64,000 bases of DNA from NCBI GenBank assembly GCA_026770705.1, contig JANJGN010000034.1, positions 3,162,001 through 3,226,000 on the forward strand, written 5' to 3'. Below the pieces are notes generated by a model. That model did not search any database, was not told the DNA's origin, and was given only the letters and a program-made list of their open reading frames with translations. Each line of letters begins with the position of its first letter. Position 1 is the stretch's first letter. This document shows, piece after piece, positions 26,279-35,989 of the stretch. The DNA comes from Isurus oxyrinchus. Taxonomy: Eukaryota. Made by a program: the position numbers and the translations under genes.

Positions 26279-27375
26279 ATCTCCTTGAATGGCTGAACAT
26301 TCTCGAGGAGTAAAATGACTGTCCATTGTTCCTATGTGCCAATGTTTCTATCAGCTCAGTGCAGTAACATCAGAATTGCCATAACTAGCAAACTTATATT
26401 CGAGGGCAAAGAACAAGGGGAGAGCTCAATGTTTGTGTGGATGGTTATTTCTCAACTGGCAAAGTTTGAAAATGAACATCATCCAAAATCATTAATTGGT
26501 GGACTTTAACATTGTTCTGGAATCTATCCGCTTCCCAAAAATGAGAGTTTATAGTAATCGCAATCGACGCCACCCCAAAAAATTGTAAGTGGCTTGTGGA
26601 TTGGAATAAATTAACCAATTTCACGTTTTTGTCTTTTCATTCCATATGCCCAATGATGAAACCACCGGTAGTATTAAGAAGTGTATCTCTTTAAGGACAT
26701 TCCCTGGTGCAGTCCATCCGTAAGCATCCTGTTTCTTTCAAGCGTCAATTCATAAAGCAGGACATAACTCTCAAATGACATGGTATTATTCGATGCTCCG
26801 TCAGACCATCAGAATGTTGAGTTGGTTTTAAAAGCCCCAAAATCTACTTCACCGCTGGTGGCAAAGCCCCTGCCTCCTGCTCCACTTTTCATTATTCCAC
26901 CTGTATGATTTGCTATATCTGCATTGATGCACATTGGTGCCAGTTCCCATTAATTGAAACATCCTTGTAAATACGTCAAATACACTGCATCTTAACTAGA
27001 TAAAACACATAGGAGCCATATTCTAACATTACTGTGTTAGCCTAATAGTCACAATGAATGCAGGAAGCCAACAAGAATGCACTTAATCATCCGAAAGGAA
27101 AATACAGATGTGTTATAATCGCCGTGCGTGTGAGCAATGGCAATGACGTTATTTCTTAGACTGTTGCTTGTGGGGTCAGCAGTGCCACATGCAAAATCAA
27201 TTGCAAGTATTTCCGTAAAATGAGTGAGATACATAAATTTACCTCGCTAACCATTAAACTGGAAGACGGAATGTGAAAGTTAAGATTTTTTCATTCACTT
27301 GTACAAACTTAACAATTGAGAATAATGGAAACCAACCGTACAATGACAGAAATAATATTGGTTTGAGGTCCATAC

Positions 27376-27402
27376 CTTTTTCCTTGCTAGCCAGTTTTTT
27401 TT
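27376..27402 (-). CDS. Micro-exon A2, 27 nt, (E)KKLASKEK
   Basis: cttataatcacag|AAAAAAAACTGGCTAGCAAGGAAAAAG|gtatgg. Confidence 0.85.
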
Positions 27403-28083
27403 CTGTGATTATAAGGCCGGAGATAAAATGTGGGGAAGTGTCTTGTAGGATACATCAAATATGTTAGGCTATGCAGTTATAGTTAGAAACAATTAATTGG
27501 ACGCAATTAATTGGACACTGTTAGAGTGTCTCTTTAGGAAATCAATATCAATCTTGATGTAAACAATAGCTCGATAAAATGCAGAGCTCAAAAGGAGCAT
27601 GGTTGCTCTCATTGGGTGCGGTCTATGCCTGACTCCAGTACAACAACATCCTAGTGCACTCATAATGTCGCTCATACATCGTTCTACTTGCCATCGAGAT
27701 GCGTCAAAGCAGATGTCAGTGGTGTAAAAAGCTATACCGTTGCAAGCACAAATAGGGGCTGGCAATAAATGCCGGTATTGACAGTGCCGCAAAAGAATGA
27801 AGGCTATGCGTCACATAATGCTTAAACAAACAGGCAGCAGGCGGGCTAAAATTTAATATGCTACAATTACTCATATTGGAGAGAGACAAATCATATGTTC
27901 AATAATATGAGTATATTCCTGACGTTTCGTTGTTTGCAGCAAATCTGATATGCAATCAATTGAGGCATTAGTATCATTGCCCATATTTTAGAATAATTGG
28001 AAAACAAAGATTTGACCCAGAAAAGATAGACTTCAGCCAAAAATGCCTAAAAGTACAATGAAAGACACAAGTGTTCCACGCAC

Positions 28084-28119
28084 CTGCAATCTCCAAAGCA
28101 GCTTTTAGTTCATCTAAAC
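28084..28119 (-). CDS. Micro-exon A1, 36 nt, (G)LDELKAALEIA
   Basis: ctttctgcattctcttag|GTTTAGATGAACTAAAAGCTGCTTTGGAGATTGCAG|gtgcgt. Confidence 0.85.
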
Positions 28120-28984
28120 CTAAGAGAATGCAGAAAGCGAACAATTAACTAAACCACAGATATTGTCACCACGTTCACCAAAATGAGAATGATGGAATTT
28201 TCATCTCCAAAAAGACAGCCTGAGATCAACACAGCTGTACATTTCTTAGGTGGGTAATTTGAAGATAATTTAAACCTTCCGCACCCTATAATCTCCGAGA
28301 GAACGCCTAACGGAAACATTTCTCAGTCATTGCATCTTTCTAGTGAATCATTGATTTTTATCAGGAGGTTTGAATGTTCTGGAAAATATGCTGCCAAAAA
28401 GGTGACGTTCAGTATTGCCGCTATCGCACATCAATGAAGCATGGTGCTTCCTACATAGGGACATGTGCACGTAATTCTTTAATATGGAAGTTGCTCCCAG
28501 AGGGGCACCATTTTCCATCTCAGCGCGGGAGTTTGAAATAACCCTTTGGGGACAAGCTTTAAGTTTTGCTAATTGTCCATTATTAAGGAGACATCCACAC
28601 AGAAAGCCTGCAAGCCTGTTATTTGCTGACGTTAAGGTCCCTATAGTCATTTGGCCAATTTGGATGTGAAGGTCATCACTGTTCTTTCTTTCCAATGCTC
28701 AAATTTAATCAAGTAAATTATTATCAAAATTAAAAGGTTTAAGATTTATATAGCTTTTTTATTGTAATCATCTTGGTTTTTTTATGAATTGGATTTGGAT
28801 GTGTCAGACGTTTGCAGGTTGTAAATTCAACTGTACTTTAAACATTGTTATCAAACAGTTATATTGAACCCGAATTTGCGAATTGAGTCCCTGGGTGGTG
28901 TGGTGTTGTAGAACTCGTCCATTGCGAAGGTACAGCATTTGCTGTTATTGCTTCTCCTTATTCAGGCAACATGTCAAAAGAAGG

Positions 28985-29270
28985 ATTTAGTTGACCATGG
29001 ACTTACAATGAATAGGCGTAGGTTTAAGATTAGCAAAGTACTGCGTTGGTTTGCCGTTGCGTTCAGCAGTATGGATGACCAGAAAACTCTCTGGCTTTTG
29101 CTGCTTTTTATGGGTGCAATGGAATGATTTACAGGCTGGTAATCAACCTGCTAGACGACGATATGAGCGCATCTCCCGTGGTTATTACATCCTGGAGTGG
29201 AGGTTGAACCCAGAACTTCTGGCTGAAAAAAATGTCGAGATTCTACCCTTTGCACCAGAGGACCTCCTGC
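28985..29270 (-). mobile_element. tRNA-SINE with RTE-like tail (copy B ~63125-63405)
   Basis: Minus-strand head GTTCTGGGTTCAACCTCCACTCCAGG; tail GGCAAACCAACGCAGTACTTTGC..GTAAGTCCATGGTCAA. Confidence 0.55.
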
Positions 29271-29379
29271 ACTCTGCAACGCTATGAAACTGCCTGCAAC
29301 TTCAACAGTTCCCAACATATGTAGGTTACAAATAAAATGAACATTATGCATTTGGCACCCTTACACTAAAAGAAAAACA

Positions 29380-29860
29380 CCTTGTCAGAATGTTTCATAT
29401 GTACAATTTTGTGGGATGGATTGGCATTGAATTGCACAGCCAATGTGTTCGACAGCCAAGGGCATGGCAAGTGATTACCTGAAAATGGAACACAGCTACT
29501 TCCTTGGACACCATCAGATTTAATGATGAGGGACCTCGACACGTTATCCTGTTGGTACGATTAGATAGCAATGGAAGCAGACAAGATCTATGCGATCCGT
29601 GTGGCCTTCAGTGGAGTTCTGTTGAAGGACAGTCGTGTGATCAATGTGCCAATGTCAGCAGACAAGCCCAGAATGATGAGCAAGTATAACGTACCGTTGT
29701 GGCCTGAAGGTCAGAAGGGGTTGGGTGTGGGGAGGAGATCGGTGAGTGATGTTAAACAGAGAATTTGAGTAAAGAAATGGGCCCAACTTTTGTGCCAACA
29801 CCACATTTAAGTGTTTTGCAGTGAAAAGGAAGTTTGGATTCGAGCCGATGTTTTATAAGA
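29380..29860 (-). mobile_element. Decayed L2-type RT fragment (copy B ~63520-64000)
   Basis: Minus strand LIILGLSAD/..TIDHT with a frameshift, resembling the L2 motif LVLLDLSAAFDTVDH. Confidence 0.55.
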
Positions 29861-30459
29861 GTGTTGGGGCCAAGCATTGGCTATGAGAGCAGAATTAAAG
29901 CCATCATAGTTGCATCCATAACCTCTACAATTCAATTAGAAACCTATTGCATACTTGGCTTCCTACATCTTCCCTGCATTATTAAAAGAGCTGCTACCCA
30001 AGGCCCTAATCGTAGCCATGTCCTTTCAACAGTCAGCACTGTTAGCATTGGTTGACATGGTCTTCAGACAAGCAAGATCTTGACCTTAGTATTTTTTCTA
30101 TAATTTATTTTTCTCGTGTATCTACTCTATGTCATCCACCCTCCTTCTCTATGTAACCTCCTCAGCTGGTACAACCACAATGGATTTTTCTGTGCTCCCC
30201 TAATTTCAGACTCCTGAGCAATCCACAAGCTAATTTCTTCCACATGGCTTTCCATGCCTTGGGCTGCCGAAGGTATTAGCTCAAGAATACGGTTCCAACA
30301 TCTCTTCGACTCAACATGTCGCTTAAAAATGTTCATCGGTAGTGCTTTGGTGCCTTTTTTATATAAGGTTGCTGCATAAATATAATTCATGTTTGTTTCA
30401 ACTTGTGAAGTTGAAGTTAAGAAGGTATGGACAGTTTGATGAGGGTAAGGAATGAGCAG

Positions 30460-30740
30460 CTGGTCTTATGCTGCAAAACTTAGGACCTCTACTTTTCGCC
30501 CAGAAGCTCCTGTTTCAATTCCCACTCCAGGAATTAGAAGCCACAGAAGATGCCCTCATAACTTGGTAAACAGACTTATCATCAGCCTGAAATCCGCCAG
30601 ATACACCAGATGGCAGGCGGGAAGAGCAGGAACATTTTCCTGTTAGCGATATTCCCGAAAACTGCAGCAAAGCCAGTGCAGAACTTCGCTGAGTACAATT
30701 ATGGACCAAAACAATGTAAGTCCATTGTCAAAAAAGGCCT
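30460..30740 (+). mobile_element. SINE of the same family as 28985-29270, opposite orientation
   Basis: CCAGAAGCTCCTGTTTCAATTCCCACTCCAGG..ATCAGCCTGAAATC..GTAAGTCCATTGTCAA. Confidence 0.55.
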
Positions 30741-31317
30741 TTTCGGGTGGGAGCAGAGATTTTTGAGACAGGAGGTTTAACGGGGATAACACCATAGCTT
30801 GAAGAGATAGAAGAATAGTTAAGGATATCAGTTAACACGGTGACCATTTTCCTAGTCTTTATTTAAATGAGCAAGATACTGGGGAACAGGTGACATCATG
30901 AAGTACAACGTGCAGGGAGAGGGAATGTAGGCAGTTAGAAGTGAAAACATCCATGTTGATGCAAGTTCAGGGTTTAGGGCTATTTGGAGACGTTCAGTGC
31001 TATCTTGTCCCCTAAACATATACTTTAGCCTGGATATTAGTGGAATACAACAGCACAGCAAAGGCCGCTGACCGGATGGTGCTGATTCCAATGATGAAGT
31101 AATTAATGAGTTAATCAGTCTGCTTATTAGCGGGCTGGACTGATGGGATATGACAGATAGACTTAGGTGACAGTTTATCGCAGGAAAGAAGCTTAAGCTA
31201 GTGGTTAATTTTTAATTCCAAGATGATATTTTAAGAATGGAAAGTTTTTTGTTTTTAGAAAGATCATAGATGACAGTGCACTATGTGTTACATTTAGATT
31301 GGCCGGCTTAACTGTAC

Positions 31318-31461
31318 CATATCCCTTTAAGACTATGTCGCTTGAAAATTTTACAGTGCAGATGAGTTCCACTACGCCTGACAGAGTGCCAGGGTGAGTC
31401 ATGATTTCAGTGGGCTCTATCATATCACAGGTGGACATGGGTCGCAGTTGGAAATCATTCT
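31318..31461 (-). CDS. Weak candidate 144-nt phase 1-1 exon, (E)NDFQLRPMSTCDMIEPTEIMTHPGTLSG...LKGY
   Basis: aattgcctgcag acceptor; open frame; weak donor gtacag; single copy. Confidence 0.25.
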
Positions 31462-33565
31462 CTGCAGGCAATTATGAGGGAATGGCAAAACACTGGGTAG
31501 CGCGTTATGTAAATGAAGATTGTAAGTGAATGAGGGAATAGTTCTTATCCTGGAGGAGATGCAGAACAAAAGCAAACAGGTTTGTGGCCTGGAAATGGGT
31601 GTTGGGGACTCTGATGCAAGGACTTGAAACCAAATAGCATTACCTATGGCTGATCAGTGCGCCTTGCGATATTACACGAGATGTTAGTGTGAAGCGGGTG
31701 GGCAAGAATATTTGCTGTAGAGTTTACATGGAGGAGCTTCATTAGGGAGGGAAAGCTGTTAAGTTAAAATCATGGCAACAATTATTAAGATCTGGTCTTC
31801 TACTAAATGCCCCACCACAGTCTGTGCTGTCAATCTCATTCCCCGCTACAGCAACAACCCTATCACACAAGCACACGATGCCCCACCCCCTCACCCATGC
31901 TACGACCACCGCGCTTCCTGGTCGATCAACATGACACAGAATTAGCATGTCACGGGATTTCTATTGCAGAAAGCTAGACCAATGTTCTGCAGACCTGGGT
32001 TCAAATCTTACAACGACAGCAGGCAGAATTTATATTCAATTAAAAAACCTGTATTTAAAAGCTAATTTCAGGAGTGCCGACCATTACAGCGTTCATGTAT
32101 TGTTAAAAATAATAATAATGTCGTTGACTAATTTCCTCGAGGAAAGGAAATTGGCTACTGTTACCTGATCTGGCCGATATGTGACTCCACTTCAACAACA
32201 ACGCGATTTACTCTGATTTTCCCGCTGACCTCAGTTCAAGGGCAATTAGGGATCACAATAAATGATGACGACGCTCATGTACCATGAAACAGTTTTTAAA
32301 AATGCTGATGCATGCGCATTTGTTGATCATTAAACGATTATTTGAAATATTTAAACTAAATGTTATACAAGTTTTAAAAAATAAGTCAATATTTCAGCTT
32401 CTGATTTCACCCTATGTATATATAGCCATCTTTAATTGAGTCGATGAGTTGAAGGGCTTCAGTTCTATTCCCTTGCTTCGTTGAACACGAAATGCTGAAA
32501 GTGCATTTTCCGAATTTGTTCCAGGAAGAACGAAAATATTATCTTCCGCTGTTGTACTTCGCCTTGCGTGCATAACAGGAAGAAATCACATGATGTAAGG
32601 CGAGGTTCAGTGTGCGACACATGGCTTCTGAATCAAACCGTTATGAATGAGGATCCTCTTTAGAGATCTGAGCGCAAGAACCAGGCTGACATGCAGCACA
32701 ATACTGAGAGGTTGACAGTCTGTCAGGTATCTTCTAATGTTGGTGCGAAGATGGAAAACCAGCTCGATCGGCTGGATTTAAAAGAGCACAACGCACTATT
32801 GACAGGGAGTAGGACACTGAATCCCCATTCTCATCGTTAATAATGAGATCAAAAGTGCGATTCCACCAACAGATCACTGACCTTCATCTTATCGCCATTT
32901 TGGAATCATCGTGTGTACCTTCCTTGCATTGTTTCAGTTATTGATCCTGGTAATTAACTTCATAGTTTTGAACTAAATCTGCGGCGAGAGTTGGACATTG
33001 TGCCTCTGCTCTTGAAACCCGGGCAAATGTAATTCTCTTCATCGTAGTCGATAGGCAATCTGTTTATGGCGATGTTGTAGGTTATTTTGCACTTAAATTG
33101 TTTTTCTTTGACATAAGTTACGCGATATATGCATCTCTTTAATTGACAAGGCGTCTTCAAAACATTGTTCTCCCTTATGAGTTTCAGTTTCTAATGATAA
33201 TATTGCTTACAGGACTTCTGCTTGTACAGAGGTTACTTGAGAACGAAGCATAAAGGAACTTGGACAATAATTTATTTCGAAATCCGTGCCTTTTGTATCT
33301 TTACTCTGGTCTTTGTCAATGGTGATAAATGAGCCTTAAACGTGAATTTACCTGTTATCTTTGCATTGATGTGTAAGATTAACCATTGTTAGATAACTGG
33401 CAGTAGTTCAACAGTACCAAAATTAGCGACAGCAAAACAGGTCCTTAATTACACCAATAGTAATGAAAATAAATTATTACTTATTAAGATTTCCAACAAG
33501 TTCCACTCAATAATGTTGCATTTTGGAGCACGCATAACCCCTCTGGTCTCTTTCAAATGACTTAC

Positions 33566-33652
33566 CGGGACGATGTCCAAAATGGATTTCAGGAAGATTG
33601 TTTGTACTAAGTGTTTGACATGAGATAACTTGAAGATCTGACTGCTTTTCAA
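33566..33652 (-). CDS. Candidate 87-nt phase 1-1 exon, (F)EKQSDLQVISCQTLSTNNLPEIHFGHRP
   Basis: ctcttgtattag acceptor and G|gtaagt consensus donor; open in the micro-exon frame; single copy, so no conservation test. Confidence 0.5.
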
Positions 33653-34313
33653 CTAATACAAGAGTATATGATATGATATGTCAGGGGGGTTGATTGCAAG
33701 GCAGGCGGGGAAAAATAAAAATAAAAATAGACATAAGGACTCCTCTTTTGCGGAAAGCTGTAGACTATAGAAGGGTCCCCATTTGCGAAGGTCGGGGATT
33801 TCACATTACGGGCAGAATTAGCTAATTCAAAATTCCATGCATATATGAATAAATAACCACGCTTTTGTGTACCTGAATTTTTGTTATGGAAGTTTCGTGC
33901 TAAATAGAACTGCCCTCTTTGTAATATTACCCAGAGAATCTGCAGGTTAGTTTTCCCCAAAACTAATTGAGTAACGTTTGCACGTGGATTGTTGCCGAAC
34001 ACTATGATAATAAGTGTGATTGTATGTTAAACAGGCAGATTTTATGGTGAAAGTGGAAGAACAACCAGGGACGCTGAACAAGCAGCATCTCATCAGATAG
34101 CCACCACGCTGTAGAAATTATGTTGTCCTTTCCAGAAGGGGCGCCAAAGAGTCTCCGGCCAATATGTGCCACTCCCATCTCCAATCGATATGACAGTAAT
34201 TATATAGGGCTGTTATAGCTTGTGGACCACTAGACAACAAGATTGTAGAATGATATTCCTCTTATGAAACTATTTCGAGAGCAACTAATCTGAGGTATTG
34301 CCGTTGTTTTTAC

Positions 34314-34340
34314 ATGAGCCGCTTTCATTTGAATCGAGCT
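34314..34340 (-). CDS. Micro-exon B10, 27 nt linker, (K)LDSNESGS (paralogue of exon 6)
   Basis: cttctttttgtcccttccag|AGCTCGATTCAAATGAAAGCGGCTCAT|gtaaaa; same LD start and same position after an ELEDL..KC exon as exon 6. Confidence 0.65.
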
Positions 34341-34956
34341 CTGGAAGGGACAAAAAGAAGAGTGTTGCACCTTTTTTGCCAAGTCAGTGGAGGACGATTC
34401 AGGGCTTCAATTGTTCTACTCACCGAATGGGCACAGCACTCAACTGGAGCTCAGAGTGTCTAATAATTATATTAATGCATGATGACATACACGGCTTTGC
34501 TCATTAATTCTTATAAGCTGACATGGATAAAGTTTGATAGATTGATCTGAGTGAGGGTTCGTGTGGAGCAAAAACACTGGCATCAAACCATTGGACATAA
34601 TACCCATTTCTAAATTGTATGTAAAGTGCATTCTCAGTTAGTTTGAGTTGTAGCTGATGCATGCCATTATTCGGCTGTTTTTTGTTGTTGTTTATTTTCT
34701 TTGGTTCACTGTTGGGTGTGCCATGACCAGGGTATGCCAGGAGTTTGCACCTCACTGGCATTTTTCTGGAATGGTATCAAATTGTATAGGTCGATATTTT
34801 TGAAGTGAACATGAATTGGTGCAATTGAATAGTGAACAATGTTCGGGGGAGGTAATGGCGTTCAAATGTTGCTAAGCATCCTTGTGCATTTACATGATAT
34901 AGCATGTCTGGTATTCGAACATGCTAAACTTCATCGTGCGTTATTTTACTACTTAC

Positions 34957-34983
34957 TGCATTTAAGCTGAAGATCTTCAAGTT
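34957..34983 (-). CDS. Micro-exon B9, 27 nt, (E)LEDLQLKC (paralogue of exon 5; no counterpart in copy A)
   Basis: ctttggtgtttag|AACTTGAAGATCTTCAGCTTAAATGCA|gtaagt; 8/9 aa identical to exon 5 although the flanking introns do not visibly align. Confidence 0.85.
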
Positions 34984-35962
34984 CTAAACACCAAAGGCAT
35001 GGTAAATGATTAGATACTTGCCGATCTCAATGCAAAAATTGTCTGAATTCCTTTTGTCACCAAGCAGGCACGAGAAATAATGCACAATTGATAACTTCTC
35101 GATGGAGTCAGCACAGACGCCAAGATATTCTATTCAATCAAGTCCTCTGCCTGCATTTAGCACATAGGAAAGGTCTTTGCTTTTGCAAGGAGAAAAGATT
35201 ATTTGTCAAACTGCCGCATTATTTGTCAAGCCAACAGCTTTGTTCCAAAGCAGTTTGTCTATTGCTGTTCGATATCTCTTTTGAACACTAAAAAAGAATA
35301 ACTGAATAAAGTCTGAGTTATTTTGACAGCCTTTTTCATCCTCTAGTGTGAACAGAGAAGAAACATTAAAAACACCTTGCCTAGGACAGGTTAATTGTAA
35401 AGGAAACAAAAAGTTGCCGGCTGAATAATCGGTGCTGAATTCGCTTGCACCTACTTTGCACTCTTTGCTAAAAGGGTAAAAAATGCCTCACCGAACCAGA
35501 ACATGAATCTGATATGAAACTTGGAGGATTCGGCTCAGTGGTAGGCTGATATTATATGCTTCTACACAAAATCTCCACTGCCCTACACGGTGCATGCGAG
35601 TTTAGACTGATAAGCAAAGTGACATTGCCTTTTTTGCATCACCACTTGATGAAGTTCCACTCTTCTTTCGGACATTTTAAAACCATAAGTCATTGGCAGA
35701 TCTAATGGTCACCAGTCCAAATATCTGATTATGCGGCATGACTTCAAACGTGAATCTGGTAACTTTGCAAAGAATTCCATTGAGGTGTTTGGGCTCATTA
35801 TCACTGGAAAGAGTTGACTTATGAAAAATAAAACAACCAACTGTCAGTTACTGAATCCTTCACCGGGGAACCAAGTAAAGTGACAGGTGAAATGTGTTTT
35901 TGCTTTATGTTGAAGAATAAACCTGAACGTATGGACAACATTTCAAATTAATATTATCATAC

Positions 35963-35989
35963 CTGTCTTTTTGTCCTGCAGCACTTTTT
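35963..35989 (-). CDS. Micro-exon B8, 27 nt, (E)KVLQDKKT
   Basis: tttgtcactacag|AAAAAGTGCTGCAGGACAAAAAGACAG|gtatga. Confidence 0.8.

Larger units (their letters stand above)
1084..29860. repeat. Tandem segmental duplication, copy A main block (aligns to 35667-64000)
   Basis: Colinear match from TTCGGACATTTTAAAACCATAAGTCATTGGCAGATCT (1084 vs 35667) to GGATTCGAGCC..ATAAGA (29860 vs 64000); 12 mismatches in a 120-bp spot check near 22610. Confidence 0.97.

Noticed and set aside
26087-26326. Poly-His ORF, and the hydrophobic TM-like ORFs at 48012-48233 and 60185-60484
   Set aside because: Translations of trinucleotide microsatellites; not conserved between copies.
28348-28695. 115-aa minus-strand ORF just upstream of exon A1
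   Set aside because: Not open in copy B (62490-62840); no splice signals or known motif.
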